Under the pieces are notes generated by a model that saw only the letters and a list, made by a program, of their open reading frames with translations, ran no database searches and was not told where the DNA came from. A stretch of 64,000 nucleotides of DNA from Dehalococcoidia bacterium (GTDB lineage Bacteria; Chloroflexota; Dehalococcoidia; Lucifugimonadales; UBA3495), in NCBI GenBank assembly GCA_965220625.1, contig CBDCQN010000003.1:1994186-2058185 (forward strand), given 5' to 3'. The position numbers and the translations under genes are program-made. Position 1 is the first letter of the stretch. Each line of letters starts with the position of its first letter. Positions 16,408 to 25,228 of this stretch are shown here, in pieces.

Positions 16408-17674
16408 CCTAATACGCCGGGACCCGGACGGCATCCGCAACGCCATGGACTCCCGGGGCGAGCCCGACCAGATTACCGAACTTCTCGGTCTTGACGCCGA
16501 GTTCCGGCGGTACAAAACTCAGGCCGACGAGATACGCAATCAGCGCAATCAGGTCAACCGGGAGATCGGGCACGCGCGGTCGTCCGGTGAACCCCCTTCC
16601 CCGGAAATCATCGAGCAGATGCGCGGCTTGGGGCGCGAGCTTGATTCCGTCGACAGCGCGGCACAAGCGCTTGAAGAGCGCATCCGCGAAATACTTCTCG
16701 GCTTGCCCAACCCTCCGTTGCCGGATGTTCCCCGGGGTTCCGGGGAAGAGAACAACATAATCGTTCGGGAGTACGGTAAAGTACCGGTCCTCGATTTCAC
16801 CCCGATACCCCACTGGGAGTTGGGCGAGCGGTTGGGAATCATTGATTTCCAGCGCGGGGCAAAGCTCTCCGGGAGCCGGTTCTATACCACTGTAGACCAC
16901 GCGGCAAAGCTCGAACGGGCCCTGATCTTTTGGATGCTGGACCTGCATACCCGGGAGCATGGCTACACCGAGGTGTCCTTGCCCGCAGTGGTGCGGCGGG
17001 ACGTCATGGAAGGGTCGGGCAACCTGCCGAAGTTCGCCGACAACCTCTACCACGACGAAGAGGATGACCTCTGGCTGATACCCACCGCCGAGGTGCCCAT
17101 CACCAATCTCTACCGGGACGAAATCATCCCGGCGGAGTCGCTCCCTCTGTACTACGTGGCCCAAACGCCATGTTTCCGGCGGGAGAAGGCGGCGGCCGGC
17201 CGGGACACCCGGGGCATTAAGCGCGTCCACCAATTCAACAAGGTGGAAATGTACAAGTTCGTCGAGCCCGAGACCTCTCACGACGAGTTGGAGAGCCTCT
17301 TGACCCACGCCGAAGAGGTGTGCCGCCGGCTGGGCTTCGCCTACCGGGTGATACAACTCTGCACCGGCGACATGGGGTTCTCCGCCGCCAAGACCTACGA
17401 CATAGAAGTGTGGGCCGCGGGCTGCCAGGAGTGGCTGGAGGTCAGCTCCTGCTCCAACTGCACCGACTTCCAGGCCCGGCGTTCCAACATCCGGTACCGT
17501 CCGCCGGGAGGAGGGCGACCCCGAGTTCCGCACACCCTCAACGGCTCCGGATTGGCCTTGCCCCGGGTGATGATCGCCATCCTGGAAAACTACCAGCAGC
17601 CCGACGGGTCGGTGGTCATCCCGGAAGTCCTCCGCCCCTACACCGGCTTCGACCGGATCCCGGCGGCTACGTAA
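16394..17674 (+). CDS. serS: serine--tRNA ligase
   Basis: 426 aa. N-terminal coiled-coil arm and class II core (FRREKAAAGRDTRGIKRVHQFNKVE, TLNGSGLALPR). Confidence 0.97.
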   Translation: MLSIDLIRRDPDGIRNAMDSRGEPDQITELLGLDAEFRRYKTQADEIRNQRNQVNREIGHARSSGEPPSPEIIEQMRGLGRELDSVDSAAQALEERIREILLGLPNPPLPDVPRGSGEENNIIVREYGKVPVLDFTPIPHWELGERLGIIDFQRGAKLSGSRFYTTVDHAAKLERALIFWMLDLHTREHGYTEVSLPAVVRRDVMEGSGNLPKFADNLYHDEEDDLWLIPTAEVPITNLYRDEIIPAESLPLYYVAQTPCFRREKAAAGRDTRGIKRVHQFNKVEMYKFVEPETSHDELESLLTHAEEVCRRLGFAYRVIQLCTGDMGFSAAKTYDIEVWAAGCQEWLEVSSCSNCTDFQARRSNIRYRPPGGGRPRVPHTLNGSGLALPRVMIAILENYQQPDGSVVIPEVLRPYTGFDRIPAAT

Positions 17675-17698
17675 GTAATCGTACCGTCTTCGGTAGAA

Positions 17699-18040
17699 GT
17701 GGTGACGTTGCCTAACGCGACGATGGCCCGTGTCGAAGAGTCGAAGGTCTTGACTTATCTCCTGTCGACGTCGCATGAAGACGGCAAGAGCAAGGCCGAG
17801 TTTTTCCTTCGCCACGGATTCTCTCGCGAGCGATGGACCGAGTTCGGGGAGGCGCAGCGCGTCCACGCTCTGATGAACGCCGTTTCAGAGGTTCGGGAAA
17901 GTGAACACGGTACGACGTTTCGCATCGATGGTATTCTTGAAATGCCCGATGGACGAAACTCCAGGATACGTACCGTCTGGTTCATCTCGGCTGACGGCCA
18001 TGTGCCGAGGCTGGCAACTGCCTATCCGCTGGGGAGGTGA
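17699..18040 (+). CDS. DUF6883 domain protein (putative toxin of DUF6883/DUF4926 pair)
   Basis: LPNATMARVEESKVLTYLLSTSHEDGKSKAEFFLRHGF...IRTVWFI...PRLATAYP matches my memory of DUF6883 proteins. Confidence 0.65.
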   Translation: MVTLPNATMARVEESKVLTYLLSTSHEDGKSKAEFFLRHGFSRERWTEFGEAQRVHALMNAVSEVRESEHGTTFRIDGILEMPDGRNSRIRTVWFISADGHVPRLATAYPLGR

Positions 18041-18042
18041 AC

Positions 18043-18276
18043 ATGATCAAGGAGCATGATCGAGTAGTTCTCACCGCTGATATTCCGGAAGAAGGCTTAC
18101 GGCGCGGGGACGTTGGTACAATCGTCCAAATCTACGGACAAGACGAAGCCTTTGAAGTGGAATTCTTCACCCTCGACGGCAGCACTGCCGCTTTAGCTAC
18201 TGTATTGGCGTCCCAGGCACGGCCCGTAACCGGCAATGACCTTACCCACGCCCGCCATGTAAAGACTCTTCCTTGA
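18043..18276 (+). CDS. DUF4926 domain protein (putative antitoxin partner)
   Basis: MIKEHDRVVLTADIPEEGLRRGDVGTIVQIYGQDEAFEVEF is the DUF4926 pattern. ATG 18043 preceded by GGAGG. Confidence 0.65.
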   Translation: MIKEHDRVVLTADIPEEGLRRGDVGTIVQIYGQDEAFEVEFFTLDGSTAALATVLASQARPVTGNDLTHARHVKTLP

Positions 18277-19220
18277 CCTCCAGCCATAATATTCTCGAAT
18301 GCTGCGGCTTGCGCAAGAGCTTCGGTGAGCGCGTTGCCGTCGACGGCGTCAGCTTCCATATCGCCGAGGGCGAGACCTACGGCCTGTTGGGCCCCAACGG
18401 CGCCGGCAAGACTACCATCATCTCCATGATCTGCGGTCTGTTGCAGAGCGATGGTGGAGAGGTGCTGGTCGCCGGGACCCGGATGACGCCGTCCAGCGTC
18501 GGCGTCAAGGCCCAGATTGGCCTCGTCCCCCAAGACCTGGCCGTCTACCCCGACCTCACGGCTCGGGAAAACCTGAGCTTCTTTGCCCGCCTCTACGGGA
18601 TGGACGGAAAGACCCGCCGGGCGCGAATCGACGAGGTCCTGGAAATCACCAGTTTGGCGGACCGTGCCGACGACGCGGCCAAAGAGTTCTCCGGAGGCAT
18701 GAAACGCCGCCTCAACATCGCCGTCGGCCTCCTGCACCGGCCCCGGCTGCTGGTGCTGGACGAACCCACCGCCGGGGTCGACCCCCAGAGCCGCAACGCC
18801 ATCCTGGAGAACGTCGCCCAACTCAGCGACGAGGGTCTCGCGGTCCTCTACACTACTCACTACATGGAAGAAGCCGAACGCCTCTGCGACCGGGTGGGCA
18901 TCATTGACCTGGGTGAACTGAAGGCCGAGGGAAACCGCCGGGAGTTGGTGGGCTCCATCGGGGAACACGACCGCCTGGAGCTGTCCGCCACCGGGGACCT
19001 CGCCGCCGGGGCCCGCGCCATCGCCGGCGTAAAGGGCGTGCGGGAGGCAGTGGCCTGGGACGGCGGCATCACCATCTCGGTGGACCAAGCCCGCGAGGCA
19101 CTGCCCGAGGTTCTTTCCAATACCGCCGCCGCCGGTATCACGGTACGGAACGTAGAGGTGAGGGAACCGGACCTGGAGGCTGTCTTCCTGCACCTTACCG
19201 GCAAAGCGCTCCGGGACTGA
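18273..19220 (+). CDS. ABC transporter ATP-binding protein (ABC-2/DrrA type)
   Basis: Walker A GPNGAGKTT, signature FSGGMKRRL, Walker B LLVLDEPT. TTG start overlaps the DUF4926 stop (TTGA). Confidence 0.9.
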   Translation: MTSSHNILECCGLRKSFGERVAVDGVSFHIAEGETYGLLGPNGAGKTTIISMICGLLQSDGGEVLVAGTRMTPSSVGVKAQIGLVPQDLAVYPDLTARENLSFFARLYGMDGKTRRARIDEVLEITSLADRADDAAKEFSGGMKRRLNIAVGLLHRPRLLVLDEPTAGVDPQSRNAILENVAQLSDEGLAVLYTTHYMEEAERLCDRVGIIDLGELKAEGNRRELVGSIGEHDRLELSATGDLAAGARAIAGVKGVREAVAWDGGITISVDQAREALPEVLSNTAAAGITVRNVEVREPDLEAVFLHLTGKALRD

Positions 19221-19223
19221 CCC

Positions 19224-20396
19224 GTGTCCACCGCTCTCCTCATTGCTTGGAAGGACCTGCGCCAACGGTTCCGGGACCGTTCGATGTTCCTCATCGCATT
19301 CGTCGTCCCATTGGTCTTGGCTTTCATTTTTGGCCGCATCCTTGGAGACATCGGACAGGAAGTAACCTTTCAGTATGCCTTGGCCAACCAGGACGACGGA
19401 CTGATCTCCAGCGTCTTCGTAGACGAAGTGTTGACCCCCCTGGAACGGCAGGGCTTCTTGGAATTAACTCCGGTGGACTCACGAGAAGAGGCTTTGGCGC
19501 TGGCGACAGATGGCGCCGTCTCTGCGGCGTTCGTCATTCCTGCGGGATTCTCCGCCGCCGTGGAGCAGGCCCAACCCGCCGAGATCGAGGTAATCGGCAA
19601 CGTAGATCAGCAGATCGGCACGCTCATGGCCTCGTCCATGGTCACGACCTTCGCCAACGAGGTGCGGGCCGCCCAACTGGCATTCGTGACCGCCGTGAGT
19701 TTCGATGAGTCCGCCTTCAGCAAACTCGATCAACTGACCGAAGGCCGGGCGCTGCCCAACCCCATCACACTGGAAGACGTCTCAGCCACCCGCAAGGAGC
19801 TGGACGCCCGGACGTTTTTCTCGGCCGGGATAGCCGTGTTCTTTCTCTTCTTCACCGTGCAGTTCGGGGTCACCAGCCTGCTGGATGAACGGCGGGAGGG
19901 CACTCTGGCCCGCTTGATGGCGGCGCCGGTGCGGCGTTCCGCCATATTCGCCGGCAAGCTGATCACCAGCTACGTCGTCGGCGTAGTCAGCATGGCGGTC
20001 TTGGCCGTCGCCACCACCCTGATACTCGGGGCCGAGTGGGGAGACCCCTTTGGCGTGGCGCTCCTGATCCTGGCCGGAGTGTTGGCGGCAACGTCCATTA
20101 CCGCCCTCATCGCCACCATCGCCAAGAGCAGCGATCAGGCCAGCAACTGGCAGACCATAGTAGCGTTGGTGCTGGGGATGCTGGGCGGGTCCTTCTTCCC
20201 CGTGACTCAGGCCGGCGGAGCGATAGTAACCCTGAGCCTGATCACACCCCATGCCTGGTTCCTCCGGGGGCTGGGAGACCTGCAGGGCGGCGGCGGAGTC
20301 AGTGACATAGTTCCGGCACTGGCGGCCATTCTGGCTTTCGCCGGCGTAGCAGGGACTGCCGCCATGTTGCGGCAGGGGAAGATATTCCAACCATGA
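19224..20396 (+). CDS. ABC-2 type transporter permease
   Basis: 390 aa. N-terminal TM helix, large extracytoplasmic loop and C-terminal 5-TM bundle typical of ABC-2 permeases. Directly follows the ATPase gene. Confidence 0.8.
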   Translation: MSTALLIAWKDLRQRFRDRSMFLIAFVVPLVLAFIFGRILGDIGQEVTFQYALANQDDGLISSVFVDEVLTPLERQGFLELTPVDSREEALALATDGAVSAAFVIPAGFSAAVEQAQPAEIEVIGNVDQQIGTLMASSMVTTFANEVRAAQLAFVTAVSFDESAFSKLDQLTEGRALPNPITLEDVSATRKELDARTFFSAGIAVFFLFFTVQFGVTSLLDERREGTLARLMAAPVRRSAIFAGKLITSYVVGVVSMAVLAVATTLILGAEWGDPFGVALLILAGVLAATSITALIATIAKSSDQASNWQTIVALVLGMLGGSFFPVTQAGGAIVTLSLITPHAWFLRGLGDLQGGGGVSDIVPALAAILAFAGVAGTAAMLRQGKIFQP

Positions 20397-21553
20397 AAGA
20401 GCTGGCGATTGCAGGCTTCAACCTTCGCCGTCTCTTCCGCTACCGGCCGAATTTCTTCTTCGTAATAATCTTCCCCATGCTGATAATCCTGTTGCTGGGC
20501 GCAACCTTCGGCAGCGGCTTCAACCCCGCAATCGGCATCGCGGCCGAAGACACCGGCGCGTTGGGCGAAGAGTTAGTCGCGGCACTGGAAGCGGAAAAGG
20601 ACTTGAAGGTACGTCGTTTCGATAACGAGGATGACTTGGCCGACGGCGTCAACCGCGGCCGGGTAGAGGCCGGCCTCGTGGTGCCGGCAGGCTACGACAC
20701 CATGGTCCGCAACGGCGATACCGTGATTCTGAAGTTCTTCAGCCGCCCCGGGAGCTTCGGCGCCCAGTTGGGGGGCACCGTTGCCGCCGTCGTATCCGAC
20801 CAGAGCGTACTGGTGCGGGCCAGCCGCTACGTCGAAGATGCGGGATACGCTTCCCAGGATGAAGCCCGGGCGAGAGCGGAGGCCCTCTCCCGGATTATCC
20901 CAGCCGTGAATGTACGGGTCACCAGGGCCGGGGAGGCGTTGTTCCCCGAAGAACTGGGGAAATTCGACATGGGCGCTACATCCCAGTTGCTGCTCTTCGT
21001 GTTCCTCACGTCGTTGACCGGGTCGGTGGCGTTGATCGAAACCCGGCAGCTGGGTTTGTCCCGCCGCATGCTCTCGACGCCGACGCCGGTGCGGACAATC
21101 CTGATGGGAGAGGCTTTGGGCCGTATAGCCGTGGCCTTGCTGCAGGGGGTAATCATCATGGTTGGCTCGGGCCTGCTATTCGGCGTGAATTGGGGAAACC
21201 CGGTGGGCGCCGGACTGGTGTTGGTGTTCTTCGCATTTGTCGGGGCCGGCGCCGGTATGGTTGTTGGGAGCGTGTTCAGCACCGAGCAGCAGGCCATACC
21301 CATCGCCTTGCTGGCGGGGCTGGGCCTGGCGGCCATAGGCGGCAGCATGGTCCCCTTGGAGATCTTCCCCGACACCATGCGGACCATTGCCCATTTCACG
21401 CCCCACGCCTGGGGCAACGACGCCTTCGCTGAATTGGTGCGCCGAAACGGGAGCGTGGTGGATATTCTCCCTGACCTCGGAATACTCGCCGCTTTCGCTG
21501 CGGTCCTTTTCACCGTGGCCACTTGGCGGCTACGCAAGGTTATGACGAATTAG
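20393..21553 (+). CDS. ABC-2 type transporter permease (second subunit)
   Basis: Paralogous architecture to 19224-20396. ATGA start/stop overlap. Confidence 0.8.
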   Translation: MKELAIAGFNLRRLFRYRPNFFFVIIFPMLIILLLGATFGSGFNPAIGIAAEDTGALGEELVAALEAEKDLKVRRFDNEDDLADGVNRGRVEAGLVVPAGYDTMVRNGDTVILKFFSRPGSFGAQLGGTVAAVVSDQSVLVRASRYVEDAGYASQDEARARAEALSRIIPAVNVRVTRAGEALFPEELGKFDMGATSQLLLFVFLTSLTGSVALIETRQLGLSRRMLSTPTPVRTILMGEALGRIAVALLQGVIIMVGSGLLFGVNWGNPVGAGLVLVFFAFVGAGAGMVVGSVFSTEQQAIPIALLAGLGLAAIGGSMVPLEIFPDTMRTIAHFTPHAWGNDAFAELVRRNGSVVDILPDLGILAAFAAVLFTVATWRLRKVMTN

Positions 21554-21650
21554 AGAATCCTTGGGCAAGGATGTACAATCCGGATAGTCGCTTCCGGGAA
21601 GCGGTCACCTGAAGCCGAGACCGAGATAACGACTTTATGGGAGGGCAGTC

Positions 21651-22466
21651 ATGGCTGGAATCTGGCCTGGTGATATTCAATGTGTAGCCATGTTGGGGTT
21701 CGACGTCGACGGTGTATCCTCGTGGCTCAACCGCGACCCGTCGTTCAAGGACCATCCCAGCTTGATGTCCATGGCAGAGTACGGCCCCGCCGTCGCCACC
21801 CCCCGCATCCTGGACCTGCTGGACGACGCCGCCGTACCGGCCAGCTTCTACGTCCCAGGGTACGTCGCGGAGAACTACGTCGACCTGGTAAAGGAGATTG
21901 CCGGGCGGGGGCACGAAGTGGCCCACCACGGCTACATGCACGAGCCGCCTTCGACGCTCTCACGGGAACAGGAGGACGACATCCTGCGGCGCGGCATCGA
22001 CATCCTGGAAGGCATCACCGGGGAGCAACCGCTGGGCTATCGCTCTCCCAGTTGGGAGCTTAGCGAACACTCCCTGGACCTGCTTGCATCCCACGGCTTT
22101 CTCTACGACACCAGCCTGATGGGTGACGACGCCCCCTATATCGAGACCGCCCCGGGCACCGGTCAGCAGATCGTAGAAATCCCGATCCACTGGCTGCTGG
22201 ACGACGCCCCGAATTTCGTCTACGCCCCGGTGGCGAACCGCTTGGGACCCATGCGCAACCCGGACGAAGTCTACGGCGCCTGGGCCGCCGAGTTTGAGGG
22301 ACTCTACCGCTACGGCCGTTCCTTCGTCCTGACCATGCATCCCCAGTACATAGGCCGCCCCGGCCGGCTCCTGATGCTGGAACGCCTGATCAACCACATC
22401 AAGTCCTACCCCAACGTAGAGTTCATGCGCGCCGTAGACGTAGCGAGGATGTGGCAGCCGGGATAG
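21651..22466 (+). CDS. polysaccharide deacetylase (NodB homology) family protein
   Basis: FDVDGVS..., HEVAHHGYMHE and RSPSWE are NodB-type motifs. Confidence 0.8.
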   Translation: MAGIWPGDIQCVAMLGFDVDGVSSWLNRDPSFKDHPSLMSMAEYGPAVATPRILDLLDDAAVPASFYVPGYVAENYVDLVKEIAGRGHEVAHHGYMHEPPSTLSREQEDDILRRGIDILEGITGEQPLGYRSPSWELSEHSLDLLASHGFLYDTSLMGDDAPYIETAPGTGQQIVEIPIHWLLDDAPNFVYAPVANRLGPMRNPDEVYGAWAAEFEGLYRYGRSFVLTMHPQYIGRPGRLLMLERLINHIKSYPNVEFMRAVDVARMWQPG

Positions 22467-22649
22467 TTATTAAGAGTTATCAGCTAAATATTAATACGAG
22501 GCGCCTCTATTAAGAGTTGCTTCATTAGGGTAGCGGTGAGTAATCCCATGGAGCCTCTTGACCGTTAGAGCTATCAGTATTAAGATTTAGGCTCTAACTA
22601 TTAATAAAGGTTCGGGCTATTAAGCAATGCTTAATAAGGGGTTCCTCCT
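22467..22649. promoter_or_regulatory. AT-rich leader with phased TATTAA(G/T) boxes and a 19-bp palindrome upstream of fic
   Basis: Boxes start at 22468, 22489, 22508, 22578, 22599 and 22618, with spacings of 19-21 nt or 70 nt. tattaagcaAtgcttaata (22618-22636) has perfect 9-bp arms and ends 13 nt before the GTG start. Confidence 0.5.
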
Positions 22650-23810
22650 GTGAGGCGCAGCCTTATCGGCCGGTACGAGGTTATCACAACTTCTGGAGAG
22701 CAAGTCCGCGCTTTCATCCCCGAACCGTTGCCGCCTGAGCCGTCAATCGACATCGCTTCCCTACAGCCATCTCTATCGCAGGCCCTCGTATCCTTGGGGC
22801 GTTTGGACGGCTTGGCCCGCGTACTGCCCAATACACTCCTCTTCCTATACTCCTATGTAAGAAAAGAGGCTGTCCTCTCCTCGCAGATCGAGGGCACTCA
22901 GTCATCGATATCCGACCTGTTGCTCTTTGAGGTCAGAGAAATGCCCGGGACTCCAACCGGCGAGGTCGTGGAGGTTTCCAACTACGTAAGCGCGTTGGAA
23001 CACGGACTGAATCGCATCACCAACGGATTTCCTCTCTCCAATCGTCTGATACGGGAAATTCACGCCGAGCTGTTGGCCCGAGGCCGGGGCAGCAACCAGA
23101 TGCCCGGAGAGTTCCGAAGATCACAGAATTGGATCGGCGGCAGCCGTCCTGGAACAGCCCACTTCGTGCCGCCCCCTCCACTGGTAATCCCTGACTGCAT
23201 GTCGGATTTTGAGAGATTCTTACATTCGAGTAATCCAGGGCTTGATCCCGTGCTTCGGGCCGGGGTTGCTCATCTCCAGTTTGAGACCATTCATCCCTTC
23301 CTAGACGGCAACGGAAGAGTCGGCCGGCTGCTGATCACGTTGCTGTTATGTCACTCCGGTCTGCTCCGACATCCGCTGCTATACCTCAGTCTCTATTTCA
23401 AAGAGAACCGCGACCGCTACTACGAATTATTGGACTGGGTCCGCCAGACCGGAGACTGGGAGAGTTGGTTGGAGTTTTACCTGGACGGTGTAGCCGAGAC
23501 TGCCGAGAGCGCCGTGCGGACCGCCGAACGGGTCCTCGAGCTCTTCGACGGTGACGAAGCGGCTATTCAACAACAAGGCCGCGTTGCCGGTTCGGCGTTA
23601 CGGGTCCACCAAGCGCTTAAAGAGCGGCCTATTACCTCCCTCCGAGGTGTCTCGGACCGCACCGGGCTATCACCTCCGGGCGCTGCTTCCGGGATGCGTG
23701 TACTGGAAGGACTCGGCATTGCCAAGGAGATGACCGGCCAGATTCGCGACCGGAGATACGGCTACGAGCGGTACATCGCCATCCTGAACGAAGGCGCAGA
23801 GCCCCTGTAA
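22650..23810 (+). CDS. Fic family protein (AMPylase-type) with N-terminal inhibitory motif
   Basis: Fic motif HPFLDGNGRVGR. An upstream SSQIEG matches the (S/T)xxxE(G/N) auto-inhibition helix. C-terminal winged-helix-like region. Confidence 0.9.
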   Translation: MRRSLIGRYEVITTSGEQVRAFIPEPLPPEPSIDIASLQPSLSQALVSLGRLDGLARVLPNTLLFLYSYVRKEAVLSSQIEGTQSSISDLLLFEVREMPGTPTGEVVEVSNYVSALEHGLNRITNGFPLSNRLIREIHAELLARGRGSNQMPGEFRRSQNWIGGSRPGTAHFVPPPPLVIPDCMSDFERFLHSSNPGLDPVLRAGVAHLQFETIHPFLDGNGRVGRLLITLLLCHSGLLRHPLLYLSLYFKENRDRYYELLDWVRQTGDWESWLEFYLDGVAETAESAVRTAERVLELFDGDEAAIQQQGRVAGSALRVHQALKERPITSLRGVSDRTGLSPPGAASGMRVLEGLGIAKEMTGQIRDRRYGYERYIAILNEGAEPL

Positions 23811-23908
23811 GCCCAGTTGTCGCCTGGCTCCGCAGGCTCCCTTGCCTGAACGCCAGCGGGATACTAACATTGACCCAACCGACGAATACCATCAAGAGGA
23901 CGGCATTC

Positions 23909-24211
23909 ATGCCCAAGGTGCACGACATGGGCGGCGCGCCCAACAGCGACCCTATAGACCACGATGGACACGTCCTGATGGACTGGGAACGCCGAATCGA
24001 CTCCATTCGCGGTGTGCTGGGTGAAAAGGGTTACCTGGGAGTTGATGAGCTGCGCCGGGCCATCGAGGGTCTGGGAGAAGCCCGGTACAAGTCACTGAGC
24101 TACTACGAGCGCTGGGCCGCGGCGGTGGAGGCCTTGCTGGTGGAGAAGGGTGTTCTGACCGGCGACGAGCTAGACCGTATGATGGCCCGGCTCGAAGGGC
24201 CGAGGGGCTGA
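23909..24211 (+). CDS. nitrile hydratase beta subunit, N-terminal-half equivalent
   Basis: VHDMGGAPN...DWERRIDSIRGVL...YYERWAAAVEALLVEKGVLT is the beta N-domain pattern. ATG 23909 preceded by AAGAGGA. Confidence 0.7.
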   Translation: MPKVHDMGGAPNSDPIDHDGHVLMDWERRIDSIRGVLGEKGYLGVDELRRAIEGLGEARYKSLSYYERWAAAVEALLVEKGVLTGDELDRMMARLEGPRG

Positions 24212-24213
24212 CT

Positions 24214-24513
24214 TTGGCCGCTGAACGCGAGGCCTCATTCCATACCGGGGACTTGGTGCGAGTGCGGGTAGGATCGCCGCCCACCCATTTCCGCACCCCT
24301 GAGTACGTCCAAGGCCAGACCGGCCGGGTCTCAGGCCTTTGCGGTGTTTTCCCCAACCCCGAGTCATTGGCCCACGGGGGCGACGGGCTTCCCTTCGTTG
24401 CTCTTTACCAGGTCGAGTTCGCCCAGACCGACCTATGGAATGGATATGCCGGTTCGGCGTCGGACCGCTTGCTTATCGACATCTACGAGCACTGGCTGGA
24501 AGTACCCCCGTAG
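24214..24513 (+). CDS. nitrile hydratase beta subunit, C-terminal (SH3-like) half equivalent
   Basis: FHTGDLVRVRV...THFRTPEYVQGQTGRV...LYQVEF is the beta C-domain pattern. TTG start lies 2 nt after the previous stop, in a different frame. Confidence 0.65.
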   Translation: MAAEREASFHTGDLVRVRVGSPPTHFRTPEYVQGQTGRVSGLCGVFPNPESLAHGGDGLPFVALYQVEFAQTDLWNGYAGSASDRLLIDIYEHWLEVPP

Positions 24514-24567
24514 GCCCAGATACACCGCAGGCAGATACGGTAAGCGACAGTCGACTTGGAGGGAGCC

Positions 24568-25209
24568 ATGAGCGTTGACCATGGAGACCATACCCATCCC
24601 GGAATGGACACCGATGAGTTGGGCTATATCGCGAAGCGGGTCCGGGCCATAGAGGCGGTGTTGGAGGAGAAAGGCGTGTTGACCACCGCCGAGGTACAAG
24701 CCAACGTCGACGCCGTCGAGTCGCGCTCACCCACGGACGGCGCCCGGGTTGTGGCCAAAGCCTGGGCCGACCCGGCTTTCAAAGAGCGGCTCCTTTCCGA
24801 ACCCGGCGCCGCGTTGAACGAGCTCGGCTACCAGTTGCCAGACCCCACGCCCAAGCTGGGAGTGTTCGAAAACACCGGCGAAGTCCATCACTTGGTGGTC
24901 TGCACCCTCTGTTCCTGCTACCCCCGGGCGCTGTTGGGCCGGCCTCCCGACTGGTACAAAAGCTTCGCCTACCGGTCCCGGGCGGTGGTCGACCCCCGCG
25001 GGGTCATGCGGGAGTTCGGTCTTGAGATCGGCGACGACACCGAGGTGCGGGTGTTGGACAGCACCGCAGACCTGCGATACCTGGTGCTGCCCCAGCGTCC
25101 TGCCGGCACCGAGGGGATGAGCGAGGAGGAACTGGCCGAGTTGGTGACCCGGGACAGCATGATCGGCGTTTCCTTGGCCCGCTCGCCGCAGTTAGCCGGT
25201 GAGTTTTAG
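24568..25209 (+). CDS. nitrile hydratase alpha subunit family protein (cobalt-type CTLCSC motif)
   Basis: VVCTLCSCYPRALLG metal-binding claw. ATG 24568 preceded by GGAGGG. Confidence 0.85.
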   Translation: MSVDHGDHTHPGMDTDELGYIAKRVRAIEAVLEEKGVLTTAEVQANVDAVESRSPTDGARVVAKAWADPAFKERLLSEPGAALNELGYQLPDPTPKLGVFENTGEVHHLVVCTLCSCYPRALLGRPPDWYKSFAYRSRAVVDPRGVMREFGLEIGDDTEVRVLDSTADLRYLVLPQRPAGTEGMSEEELAELVTRDSMIGVSLARSPQLAGEF

Positions 25210-25228
25210 AATTCATTTGGGCGGACGT

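Noticed and set aside
16409-17866. 485-aa ORF antisense to serS
   Set aside because: It fully overlaps a confidently identified synthetase gene on the other strand. Its composition (Arg/Gly/Pro/Val-rich) is typical of spurious antisense ORFs in GC-rich DNA.
22467-23810. AT-rich segment plus fic as the edge of a prophage or integrative element
   Set aside because: No integrase, recombinase, tRNA target or flanking direct repeats are visible within several kb on either side. Only local foreign-looking composition remains.
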